Positions 47,980 to 60,120 of a DNA stretch of 64,000 bases are shown one piece after another (positions within the stretch are counted from its first letter, which is position 1; the number at the start of each line of letters is the position of its first letter). The DNA lies in NCBI GenBank assembly GCA_041687695.1, contig JAWLBL010000016.1, positions 72,722 to 136,721 on the forward strand. Direction: 5' to 3'. The position numbers and the translations under genes were made by a program. The notes under the pieces were generated by a model, which was given only the letters and a program-made list of their open reading frames with translations, did no database searches and had not been told where the DNA came from. Source of the DNA: Myxococcota bacterium (GTDB lineage Bacteria; Myxococcota_A; UBA9042; PHBI01; JAWLBL01).

Positions 47980-49548
47980 TCATCGGGCGTTCTCGGCGAC
48001 CATCGTCGGCGCCTTCGGTTGCGGTTCGGGCCGGCGGTCGCGCTGCTTGGCGCCCAGCTCGTCCCAGTCGACCTCGAGGCCGCCGCCGAAGTTGCGCAGC
48101 TGGCTGTCGGCCGACTTCATCAGATCCAGGCAGGCGGCGTCGATGAAACGCAGCCCGCGCGAGTGGATCCGCGCCTTGGTCCCGCGGGGCAGGCGCTCGA
48201 TGGCCTGGGCGAGCCGCGGCAGCGACAGGAAGGTCGCGGCGCCGGTCAGCTCGATCTCGGCGCGGTCCGAGCCGACGTCCGTCTGGACCCGAACCTGCAG
48301 GCCCGCCAGCGCGATCAGGTTCTTGACCGCCGCCAGGGCGAAGCCCAGCGCGACGCCGGTCAGCAGATCGAAGGCGACGATGCCGACGACGGTGGCGAAG
48401 AAGACGACCACCTCGCCGCGGCCGTACTCGGCGACCTGCCGCACCACCCGCGGGTGGGCCAGCTTGTAGCCGGTGTAGACCAGCACGGCGGCCAGGCTGG
48501 CGGTGGGGACGGTGGCCAGGACGAAGGGCAGGGCGGCCACGAAGAGCAGCAGCCACGCGCCGTGCAGGATGGCCGACACGCGCGTCTTGCCGCCGGCCTG
48601 CACGTTGGCCGACGAGCGCACGATGACGCCGGTCATCGGCAGGGCGCCCACGGCGCCGCAGATCATGTTGCCCACGCCCTGGGCGACCAGCTCCTTGTCG
48701 AAGTCGGTCCGCGGGCCGGTGTGCATCTTGTCCACGGCGACGGCGCACAGCAGGGTCTCGGCGCTGGCGATGATGGTCAGGCCGAGCGCGGCCGCGAGGA
48801 AGGACGGGTCGGCCAGCAGGCCCAGCAGCCCGGCGGTCGGCAGGGTGATCCCATCGAGCAGGTTCGCGGGGACCTCGACGTAGCGGATGGGCAGGGCGAA
48901 GGCGGTGGCCACGATGGCGGTGACGGTCACGCCGATGAGGGCGCCTGGGACCACCTTGAGGCGCCCCGGCGCGAGCGCGTTCCAGCCCACCATGCCGACC
49001 AGGGTGAGCACGCCGGCGACCGCGGCCAGGTTGTGAGGGCTGCCGTCGGCGGGGAAGATGCCGCCCCAGACGGCGGCGGGGATGGACAGCAGGTTGTCCA
49101 GGCCCCCGCCCTTGGGGGCGTCGTCGAGCAGGACGTGGAACTGGCTGGCGAAGATGAGCACGCCGATGCCGGCGAGCATGCCGTAGATGACCGAGGGCGA
49201 GACGGCGCGGAACCACTGGCCCGCGCGCAGCTTGCCCATCAGGATCTGCAGGGCGCCGGCGAGCAGGACCGCCAGGCCCAGGGCCGCGAGGCCGTGGCTC
49301 TGGACCAGCTCCCAGACGAGGACGGTCAGGCCGGCCGCGGGGCCGCTGACCTGCAGGGGCGAGCCGGCGAGCGCGCCGACGACCAGGCCGCCGACGATGC
49401 CGGTGATGAGCCCCATGGCCGGGGGGACCCCGGAGGCGATGGCGATGCCCATGCAGAGCGGGAGGGCGACCAGGAACACGACGACCGACGCGAGCAGGTC
49501 GCGCTTGAAGTGGGGGAATCGGGTTCGTGGGGGCAGGGGACCGGGCAT
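47980..49548 (-). CDS. SulP/SLC26 anion (probably bicarbonate) transporter
   Basis: DLLASVVVFLVALPLCMGIAIASG, QVSGPAAGL, ASAETLL, PMTGVIVRSSAN; STAS-like tail. Confidence 0.93.
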   Translation of the reverse strand: MPGPLPPRTRFPHFKRDLLASVVVFLVALPLCMGIAIASGVPPAMGLITGIVGGLVVGALAGSPLQVSGPAAGLTVLVWELVQSHGLAALGLAVLLAGALQILMGKLRAGQWFRAVSPSVIYGMLAGIGVLIFASQFHVLLDDAPKGGGLDNLLSIPAAVWGGIFPADGSPHNLAAVAGVLTLVGMVGWNALAPGRLKVVPGALIGVTVTAIVATAFALPIRYVEVPANLLDGITLPTAGLLGLLADPSFLAAALGLTIIASAETLLCAVAVDKMHTGPRTDFDKELVAQGVGNMICGAVGALPMTGVIVRSSANVQAGGKTRVSAILHGAWLLLFVAALPFVLATVPTASLAAVLVYTGYKLAHPRVVRQVAEYGRGEVVVFFATVVGIVAFDLLTGVALGFALAAVKNLIALAGLQVRVQTDVGSDRAEIELTGAATFLSLPRLAQAIERLPRGTKARIHSRGLRFIDAACLDLMKSADSQLRNFGGGLEVDWDELGAKQRDRRPEPQPKAPTMVAENAR

Positions 49549-49589
49549 GGAGGGCTCCAGAGAGGGTGAGGGTCCGACGCGGACCGAGC

Positions 49590-49660
49590 CATAGAAAGAA
49601 GCATGTCTATGACTTCCGTCAAATCGTTGATTTCGTGCATTCAATCAGAAAAAATCTGAG
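49590..49660. promoter_or_regulatory. AT-rich divergent promoter with LysR-type dyads
   Basis: TCAGA-N5-TCTGA (49645-49659) and CATAGA-N10-TCTATG (49590-49611) between sulP and the NhaR-like gene. Confidence 0.55.
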
Positions 49661-49736
49661 ATAGGCCTCGGCCCTGAAACCTCTCTGAAACAAGCTTGGG
49701 GCCAGTAATCCCGCCATCGACCGGAGGACGACGCGC

Positions 49737-50693
49737 TTGGAGTGGCTCAACCACCATCACCTGCTCTATTTCTGGACGGTCGCCCGCGAAGGCAGCATCG
49801 CGCGCGCGAGCGAGACCCTGCACGTCACGCCGCAGACCATCAGCACCCAGATCAAGGCGCTGGAGGCGCAGCTGGGCGAGGCGCTGTTCACGCGCGTGGG
49901 GCGAGGCCTGACGCTGACCGAGACCGGGGAGATGGTCCGGCGGTACGCCGACGACATCTTCGCCCTCAGCCGCGAGCTGCTCGACACCGTGCAGGGGCGC
50001 TTCGAGGGGCGGCCGATGCACCTGCGCGTCGGGGTGGCCGACGTCTTGCCCAAGCTCATCTGTCACCGCCTGCTCGAGCCGGCGCTGCACCTCGACCACC
50101 CGGTGCAGCTGATGTGCCGCGAGGAGGGGGTCGAGGCGCTGCTCGGCGAGCTGGCCATCCACCGCCTGGACATGGTGCTGGGCGACTCGCCCATGCCGGC
50201 GAACGTCGCCGTCAAGGCCTACAACCACCGGCTGGGCGAGTCGGGGATCGTCTGGATGGGCACGCCCGAGCTGGCCGCGCTGGCCAAGCCGGACTTCCCC
50301 TTCTCGCTCGACCGCCTGCCGTCGCTGCTGCCGCCCCTCGACACGGCGGTGCGCCGCTCGCTCGACCTGTGGTTCGACCGCTACGGCGTCCGCCCGCGCA
50401 TCGTCGGCGAGTTCATGGACGCGGCGCTGCTCGCGGCCTTCGGAGAGGCCGGCGAGGGCGTCTTCCCGGTCGCCGAGGTGGTCGCCGACCGCGTCGCGCG
50501 CTTTTACGGCGTGGTGCCCATCGGGCGCGCCGAAGGCGTGACCGAGAGCTACTACGCCATCACCGTCGAGCGGCGCGTCCGCCACCCGGCGGTCGTCGCG
50601 ATCACCTCGCAGGGGCGCGAGTTCTTCGGCGCGGGCACGCCGGGCGCCGTGTTGCCGCCGGCGCGACGGCGAAAGCGCGGCGGGGCGTCGTGA
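49737..50693 (+). CDS. nhaR: NhaR-like LysR family transcriptional activator
   Basis: TTG start after GGAGG; MEWLNHHHLLYFWTVAREGSI..TPQTISTQI, YYAITVERRVRHP. Confidence 0.85.
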   Translation: MEWLNHHHLLYFWTVAREGSIARASETLHVTPQTISTQIKALEAQLGEALFTRVGRGLTLTETGEMVRRYADDIFALSRELLDTVQGRFEGRPMHLRVGVADVLPKLICHRLLEPALHLDHPVQLMCREEGVEALLGELAIHRLDMVLGDSPMPANVAVKAYNHRLGESGIVWMGTPELAALAKPDFPFSLDRLPSLLPPLDTAVRRSLDLWFDRYGVRPRIVGEFMDAALLAAFGEAGEGVFPVAEVVADRVARFYGVVPIGRAEGVTESYYAITVERRVRHPAVVAITSQGREFFGAGTPGAVLPPARRRKRGGAS

Positions 50694-50703
50694 CGGCGCC
50701 GGG

Positions 50704-51663
50704 TCAGCGCGACGCGAAGAGCAGGCCGTAGCCCTCGTCGTGGACGCCGAGGACCTCGGCGCGCGCCAGCCCCGCCCGGGCGCACAGGGCCACCATGTCG
50801 GTCGTGGTGTAGACACGGCCGTTCGGCGTGTAGAGCAGCATCGTGAGGCCGAAGAACACGGCGTTTTCGGGGTGCACCTGCTGGTCGTCGCGCCAGAAGT
50901 CCTTGAGCACGACGACGCCGCCCGGGGCGAGCGCCGGGGCGAGGCGGCCCAGCAGGGCGACGCACTCGTCGGGGCCGAGGCCGTGGACGATGTTGGACAG
51001 CAAGATGCCGTCCCAGGGGCCGCCGAGGTCGTCGGTCATGAAGTCGCCGGCCAGGTAACCGAGCGTGTCGCCGAAGCGCTCGCGGGCCAGCGCGGCGATG
51101 GGCGGCTTGTCGAAGACGGTGGCGGCGAAGCCGCGCTCGGCCAGGGCGTGCGCGTAGCGGCCGTGGCCGCCGCCCAGATCCAGGACGCGGCCGCCGGCGG
51201 GCAGGCGGGGGGCGAGCCAGCGGGCGACGGTCTCGGCGCTGGTGGCGCTGCGGCGGTACAGGAGATCCATGAAGCGGCGGGCGGCGTCGGGGTCGCCCGG
51301 GGTCACGCCGATCTCGGTCCGAACGGCGGGCCCGCCGCTGCTCAGGAGCGCTCCGAGGTCGGCGAGGTAGCCGAGGTGATCCCCGTTGCGGACGCGGTCG
51401 AGCGCGCCGGCGGCCAGCAGCGCGCGGCCGGTGGCCGACAGGGCCCAGCGCTCGCCGTCGGTGACCAGCAGGCCGAGGTGGCCCAGGATGGGGGCGGTGA
51501 TCTCGAGGGCGCGCGGGTCGCCGGGCAGGTCGGCCAGGCGGCGCGGCTCGCCGTCGGCCAGCACGCGGAGCAGGCCCGAGTGACTCCAGGCGATGACGGT
51601 GGCGTAGGCGCCGGCCGCGCGGCCCAGGGCGTCGAGATCGGCCTCGGTGGTGATGGGGCGCAT
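50704..51663 (-). CDS. SAM-dependent O-methyltransferase (Methyltransf_2 with dimerisation domain)
   Basis: VLDLGGGHG, AGDF, LLSNIVH, LAPGG. Confidence 0.88.
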   Translation of the reverse strand: MRPITTEADLDALGRAAGAYATVIAWSHSGLLRVLADGEPRRLADLPGDPRALEITAPILGHLGLLVTDGERWALSATGRALLAAGALDRVRNGDHLGYLADLGALLSSGGPAVRTEIGVTPGDPDAARRFMDLLYRRSATSAETVARWLAPRLPAGGRVLDLGGGHGRYAHALAERGFAATVFDKPPIAALARERFGDTLGYLAGDFMTDDLGGPWDGILLSNIVHGLGPDECVALLGRLAPALAPGGVVVLKDFWRDDQQVHPENAVFFGLTMLLYTPNGRVYTTTDMVALCARAGLARAEVLGVHDEGYGLLFASR

Positions 51664-51673
51664 GGGTCGGCCT

Positions 51674-53146
51674 TCAGAGTCGGGTGGTGCGGGGACGCTC
51701 GCGGCCGCCGGGCGGGGCCGCCGGGACGTCGCCCACGATGGTGGCGGTGGCGCGCTGGCTGGTCAGGCCGGCCAGGGCGCGGCCCACCTCGGCGACGCGC
51801 TCGGAGCCCTGGCCCCGCTCGGTCATGTCGCGCAGGTAGCCTTCGAGGTCCACCTTGCCGTCGGCGATGGCCAGCGCGCCCAGGATGACGTCGATGATCG
51901 ACTTGGGATCCTCGATGCGCAGGATGTGCTCGCGGGGGATGACCGTCGCCCACTGGGCCAGGATCACCTCGTCCGAGTAGGCGTGGTACGGGTCGGCGGA
52001 CCGCTCGGCGGCCGGCTGCCGCTGGCCCGGGTCGTACTCGAAGTCGAAGACGGTCACGTTCGAGTCGTGGCGGGTCTCGCCGTTGGGGCTGACGACGCCG
52101 TCGACGTGCTGGAAGCGGCCGTTGACCTCGAGCTCGACGCGGAACGGCGTCGGGGCGCGCTTGGCCTCCTTGAAGGCGAAGTTCTGGACGTAGACCCGGT
52201 AGCGGCCGGCCGGCGCCTGGCCGCGCGCCCAGCGGACGTTCTCGACCGGCTTTTCGGTCTCGCCGCGGACGTTCATGTCCACGTCGAGCCAGCCGCCGCA
52301 GGCCGAGCGCTTGTGGCCGTAGTAGACCTCCTCGCCCGAGGGCGGGATCACGTGCAGATCCAGGTCGTTGCGGTCGTTCCAGATCAGCGAGGCGCGGATG
52401 TCGACCCCGTCGTACTGGCCGCCGGCGGCGGTGACGCGGCTGCGGATCTCGGCGTCGATGTCGCCCTTGCGGTCCTCGAGCGACTTCTTCGGGTGGATGA
52501 AGAAGACGTGGAACTTGTCCTGCAGGCGCCGGAAGGCCTCGGCGCTGTCGACGTCGCGCTCGAGGTCCTCGCCGAGGAGGCGGCGGACGTGCTGCTTGTC
52601 GACCGTGGGGTAGAAGCCCTCGTCGCCGACGAAGAAGAAGTAGCCCTTCTTGCCGGTCCCCTCGGCCAGCCGGACGCAGTTCGTCCGGCTGTAGAACCAG
52701 GCCGCCAGCTCGTAGGACTCCTGGCCCGTCCCGCCGCCGCCCTCCTCGATCCAGAAGCGCTCGAGCACCTCGTCGAGGCGGTTGTCGGCCTCGAACTGGC
52801 CGACCTGCAGCGGCGCGCGGTCGCTGTTGGCGTCGCCGATGGCGCAGAAGCTGATGCCCGGGCCCTCGATGTACCCCTTGAGCTCGATCTGCCCCATCAG
52901 CATCGGCAGCTTGTCGTAGACCAGCTTGGTGTCCTCGCCACGCGAGCGCGTCACGTCGAGGGCGACCACGATGGGCGTGACGTTGTTGACCTCGCGCACC
53001 TTGCCGTTCGGGTCCAGCGCCGGGTGGACCTGCGTGCGCCCGCCGGCGCCCGTGGCCGGCTGCTGGTAGGTGTCGTAGGCGAAGGCCGCGCGGTTGCTCG
53101 AGCGCGCCTCGAGCGCGACGTCCTGGCTGTAGTGTCCGCCTCCCAT
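51674..53146 (-). CDS. vWA-like protein with inserted YfaP/DUF2135-like domain, 490 aa
   Basis: GAGGAGG RBS, start MGGGHYS; LDVTRS MIDAS-like motif, GDANSDRAPLQVGQFE, GGGG.GQESYE, FFVGDE; insert ASLIWNDRNDLDLHV..GGWLDVDMN..PVENV..PAGRYRVYV. Confidence 0.8.
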   Translation of the reverse strand: MGGGHYSQDVALEARSSNRAAFAYDTYQQPATGAGGRTQVHPALDPNGKVREVNNVTPIVVALDVTRSRGEDTKLVYDKLPMLMGQIELKGYIEGPGISFCAIGDANSDRAPLQVGQFEADNRLDEVLERFWIEEGGGGTGQESYELAAWFYSRTNCVRLAEGTGKKGYFFFVGDEGFYPTVDKQHVRRLLGEDLERDVDSAEAFRRLQDKFHVFFIHPKKSLEDRKGDIDAEIRSRVTAAGGQYDGVDIRASLIWNDRNDLDLHVIPPSGEEVYYGHKRSACGGWLDVDMNVRGETEKPVENVRWARGQAPAGRYRVYVQNFAFKEAKRAPTPFRVELEVNGRFQHVDGVVSPNGETRHDSNVTVFDFEYDPGQRQPAAERSADPYHAYSDEVILAQWATVIPREHILRIEDPKSIIDVILGALAIADGKVDLEGYLRDMTERGQGSERVAEVGRALAGLTSQRATATIVGDVPAAPPGGRERPRTTRL

Positions 53147-53166
53147 GGGGGCCTCCTCGGTGTCGG

Positions 53167-54852
53167 TCAGAGCTTGAAGTCGACGAAGGTGTGCGGGCCC
53201 CAGATGGCCTCGCGGACGCGGTCCAGCTCGCGGTAGAGCTGCCAGGCGTCCTGCGCGCGGCCGAGCGGGCTGTCGACCACCATGAAGCGGAGGACGCGCG
53301 CGAGGCGGTCGTCGAGGCCCTCGGGCAGGGTCTTGGTGGCGGGGTCGCCGCCGGCCGCGAAGATCATGCACTTGCCCAGGGCGTACAGATCGCTGGACGG
53401 CAGCGGGGGCTTGCGTCGGGCGGCCTCGGGCGGGCCGTAGTCGGGGTTGAGGGCCCGGAAGCCCTGCCCGGTGCGCGCCGGCTCGACGATGGCCCAGCAC
53501 CAGTCCACCAGCCAGACGTTGTGGTCGTGCGGGCGCACCATGATGTGCGACGGGTCCAGATTGCCGTGGAGGACGCCCTGCGCGTGGGCCCAGCCCAGGG
53601 TCGACAGGCAGCGGCGCATCAGCCAGATCAGGTGGCGCGGCGGGACGCCGTCGGGGAGCTTGTCGCGGACGGCGAGGAGATCGAAGCCGTCCACGTGCTC
53701 GAACACGGTGCCGAGCCGCCCGTCGGGCGTGCGGAACTGGTCCAGCGCCACCGGCAGGTGCTTGTGCTGCGGGCTGGGCTGAGTGCGCAGCAGGTTCAGG
53801 GCGCGGACCTCGTTCTGCATCAGGTCGTTGTCGCGCGCCTCGTAGGCGACCTTGACCGCCACCTTGGCCGCCGCCGCGGGCGCCACCGCAGACGCATCGG
53901 GGGCGAGCGCGTGACCGCCGTAGACCGTGGCCAGGTCGCCCTCGGCCAGGGTCGTGGTGACCTGATAGGTGGCGCGCTCGGTCGTGACGGCGAACGAGAC
54001 GCGGCGCGGGTTCGACGAGGCCGGCGCGACCGGGGGCGTCGAGGCGGAGGCGCCGGACTGAGGGGCCTGCGGCCGGACGACGCGCAGCGGGACCGGGTGC
54101 CACTCGGCCTCGGGCGCGAGGCCGCCGCCGGCCGGCGCGAGGGCGCCCGCGCCGAAGGCGCTGCGGCTGTTGTCGACGACGCGCGCCGAAGACTGATCGA
54201 TGTTGACGACCTGCACGCGTGGCCCGTCGCCGGGGACGCCGACCCGGAAGTGCACGGAGTCGAAGCGGAAGGTCACGTGCTCGCCCATGAGATCGACGGC
54301 CCGGACGACGCCGGCCAGCTCGTGGAAGCCGGGCTCGGCGGGGACGATCGACAGCCCGACGACCTCGGCGTGGCCGGGGAAGAGGGTGCCGATGGCGGCC
54401 GGGGCCTGCCCCGCGCCCGTCAGGGCCGCCTCGATCTCGAGCCGCTCGAACGCCAGATCGCCGTCGTTGAAGAGCCGCAGGCGGAGCAGGCACCGCGCGC
54501 CGGCCTCGAAGTGGCGCATGGTCGCGACGTCCACCGACAGCTGCAGCGCCGGCGGCGGCGGCGCGGCGGGCGCGAGGGGGGCGACCAGGCGGCTGTGGGT
54601 GGCGAGCGAGACGCCCAGGCGCTGGCGCAGGGTCTCGAGCTGCTGGTGCTCGCGATCGTCGAGTGACCCGCTGGCCACGAAGCCCGCGAGGACCTGCTGG
54701 TAGCGCGCGATCGCGGCCTCGCTCTCGGCCGGCTGCAGACGCGCCGCGCCGCAGCCGCCGCAGAACGCGGCGCCGTCGCGACCCGCGCGGCCACAGGCGG
54801 GGCAGGCGAGCGCGGCCTCGAGGCCGGCCCCACGATCCCGAGTGTCACCCAT
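53167..54852 (-). CDS. Zn-ribbon, helical and Ig-like domains fused to a degenerate Ser/Thr kinase domain
   Basis: CPAC..FCGGC; kinase fold LAEGDLATVY, VAVK, NEV, HGNLDPSH (versus HRDLKPxN), DWC (versus DFG), PPE, SDLYALG. Confidence 0.82.
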   Translation of the reverse strand: MGDTRDRGAGLEAALACPACGRAGRDGAAFCGGCGAARLQPAESEAAIARYQQVLAGFVASGSLDDREHQQLETLRQRLGVSLATHSRLVAPLAPAAPPPPALQLSVDVATMRHFEAGARCLLRLRLFNDGDLAFERLEIEAALTGAGQAPAAIGTLFPGHAEVVGLSIVPAEPGFHELAGVVRAVDLMGEHVTFRFDSVHFRVGVPGDGPRVQVVNIDQSSARVVDNSRSAFGAGALAPAGGGLAPEAEWHPVPLRVVRPQAPQSGASASTPPVAPASSNPRRVSFAVTTERATYQVTTTLAEGDLATVYGGHALAPDASAVAPAAAAKVAVKVAYEARDNDLMQNEVRALNLLRTQPSPQHKHLPVALDQFRTPDGRLGTVFEHVDGFDLLAVRDKLPDGVPPRHLIWLMRRCLSTLGWAHAQGVLHGNLDPSHIMVRPHDHNVWLVDWCWAIVEPARTGQGFRALNPDYGPPEAARRKPPLPSSDLYALGKCMIFAAGGDPATKTLPEGLDDRLARVLRFMVVDSPLGRAQDAWQLYRELDRVREAIWGPHTFVDFKL

Positions 54853-55028
54853 CGCCGCCGGTTCTACCGCAGCTGCCGCCCCCTGCCTAGGGCAGCCGCC
54901 CTGCCGTCACGCGGACTTGCGAAATCACGCGATCAGGGCTGGACACGGATACGCATGTTCAGTACCTTCCGCCGCGTTCCCCGCATCCACCCCTCCGACC
55001 GCTGCCCCCGCGCAGCAAGAGGTCCGTC

Positions 55029-55496
55029 ATGGCCGTTCAGCCGGTGCCTCCGGGCTACCACACCGTCACCCCTCACCTGACCATCCGCAACTGCCGCGAG
55101 GCGATCGCCTTCTACGAGAAGGCCTTCGGCGCCACGACCCTGTCGGTCATGCCAGGCCCCGACGGCAAGATCATGCACGGCGAGATCAAGATCGGCGACT
55201 CCGTCGTGATGGTCGCCGACGAGTTCCTCGACTGGGGCGCCAGGTCGCCTCAGGCGCTCGGGGGCACGCCCGGCGGGCTGTTCCTGTACGTCGACGACGC
55301 CGACGCCTGGTTCCAGCGGGCCGTCGACGCGGGCGCGACGGTCGAGATGCCGCTCGAGAACCAGTTCTGGGGCGATCGCTACGGCAAGCTGCGCGATCCG
55401 TTCGGCCACGGCTGGGCCATCGGGCAGCACATCGAGGACGTCGGCGAAGAGGAGATGATGCGGCGGATGCAGGCCAGCATGGGCGGCGGTCAGTAG
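55029..55496 (+). CDS. VOC/PhnB-family protein
   Basis: PPGYHTVTPHL, AIAFYEKAFGA, MHGEIKIGDS, FWGDRYG..DPFGH. Confidence 0.92.
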   Translation: MAVQPVPPGYHTVTPHLTIRNCREAIAFYEKAFGATTLSVMPGPDGKIMHGEIKIGDSVVMVADEFLDWGARSPQALGGTPGGLFLYVDDADAWFQRAVDAGATVEMPLENQFWGDRYGKLRDPFGHGWAIGQHIEDVGEEEMMRRMQASMGGGQ

Positions 55497-55685
55497 TCCC
55501 CGGCGGGGCTCGGGCGCGCGTTCGTCCGGGCCCCGCGGCCGCCCTCGTCGGGCGTGGTGGACCCGTAAGTGGCTGGAATGAGGACGTTCCCGCGCGATGG
55601 AGCGCTGCGGACAGAGTCCTATTGAGTCTGAAAGTGTCCGCCGCTAACCTCCCGCCACTTCGCACACCCCTCCGGGAGATGGCTC

Positions 55686-58625
<2,940 letters not shown>

Positions 58626-58719
58626 GGCTGACGGGGCGGCCGCGGCGAGCGTCGCGGGCCGCTCCCCACGAAGACCGCGCGTCGCGGGGATCCGATCCCG
58701 GCGGCGCCGGACGCGGCGC

Positions 58720-60120
58720 TCAGGCCTTCGGGTCTGGGCGCTCGTCGTTTCGGGAGCCCTGCACCAGGACGCGCAGCCCGCGGGGCTCGACCTGCTCGAA
58801 GGCGATGCTCCAGCCGCAGCGGGTCGCGATCTCGGTGGTGATCGCCAGGCCGAGGCCGGTCCCCTTGGGGTCGCGCCGGCGCGCATCGTCGCTGCGGAAG
58901 GTGCGCTCGCCCAGGCGCGGCAGCTCGGACGGGGCGACGCCGGGGCCGTCGTCGACGACCTCGAGCGCGAATCGACCGCCAGCCGTCGTCAACACGACGG
59001 CTACCTGACCGCCCGGCCCGCCGTAGGCGACCGCGTTCTGGACCAGGTTGCCCAGCGCCTGCTCGGCGGCGACCGCATGGCATCGCACCGGGACGGGCGC
59101 GTCGGGGCGGGCGCCGTCGAGGGCCATGCCCTTGCGTCGGGCCACCGGGCGCTGGCGCGCGACCACGCGGTCTACGATGGCGCCCAGATCCACGCGCGGG
59201 TCGCCGGCGGACGGATCCAGGCCGTCCTCGAGCTGGGCAGCGAGGCGGAGGTCGTCGACCAGCCCCGCCAGGTAGACCAGGTCGCTCGCGGCGCCGGTCA
59301 GCGTCGCCTGGAGCTCGGGATCTTCGGTGACGCTCAGGGCGTGCTCGAGGTTGAGCTGCAGCGAGGCGATGGGCGTGCGAAGATCGTGGGCGACGTCGGC
59401 CAGGTGGCGCTCGAGGCCTTGTGTCTTGGCGGCGAGCGCATCGGCGTCGGCGCGGATGCGCGCATGGGCGCGGTCGAGCAGGGCCGAGAGGCGGCCGAGC
59501 TCGTCGGGGCGCCGGTCCCGGGCCGAGGTGAACCCCTCGGGCGCGCCGACGGACTCGGCCGCGGCGCCGATGCGGCCGATACGGCGGACCAGGGGGCGCA
59601 CCGCGAAGACCGTACCGAACGCGGCGGCGCACGCCAGGACGAGCAGCGAGACGATCAGCGCCGTCCACAGGCCGCGTGTGCGGACGGTGGGAGAGGGGGC
59701 CCACGCGACCTGCACGAGCCCGCAAGCCCCTGGCAGGCCGGTGTCGAGGAGCGCGGCGCCGCCCAGGTCGCCTTCGACGAAGAGCTCGAGGGGGGCCACC
59801 TCTCCCTCGCGCCAGCGCGACACGAGCGAGGGCACGAGCGGCGGTGCGGCGGGGTTCGCCGAGCGCAGGGTGCGCGGATCGTAGGCGTGGACGCGGGCGC
59901 CGTCGAAGGAGCCCAGGCTCCAGGAGGCCGGATCGGCGCTGCAGCGCGCGCCCTCACCGGCGGCGAGGGCGCGGCTCAGGAGATCGCTGTAGCGCTCGGC
60001 GACGCCGGTGAGGATGCCCTCGGCCGTCCCGACGAAGCCCAGGCCGACGCCGAGCGCGGCGCAGACGAGGGAGACCAGGATGATGCGTGGGGCCAGTCCC
60101 CGCCACAGGCGGACCTTCAC
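58720..60120 (-). CDS. Membrane sensor histidine kinase (HAMP-HisKA-HATPase)
   Basis: 2 TM segments, DELGRL, DVAHDLRTP, NLVQNA, DDGPG, GTGLGL; GTGA overlap with the response regulator. Confidence 0.9.
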   Translation of the reverse strand: MKVRLWRGLAPRIILVSLVCAALGVGLGFVGTAEGILTGVAERYSDLLSRALAAGEGARCSADPASWSLGSFDGARVHAYDPRTLRSANPAAPPLVPSLVSRWREGEVAPLELFVEGDLGGAALLDTGLPGACGLVQVAWAPSPTVRTRGLWTALIVSLLVLACAAAFGTVFAVRPLVRRIGRIGAAAESVGAPEGFTSARDRRPDELGRLSALLDRAHARIRADADALAAKTQGLERHLADVAHDLRTPIASLQLNLEHALSVTEDPELQATLTGAASDLVYLAGLVDDLRLAAQLEDGLDPSAGDPRVDLGAIVDRVVARQRPVARRKGMALDGARPDAPVPVRCHAVAAEQALGNLVQNAVAYGGPGGQVAVVLTTAGGRFALEVVDDGPGVAPSELPRLGERTFRSDDARRRDPKGTGLGLAITTEIATRCGWSIAFEQVEPRGLRVLVQGSRNDERPDPKA

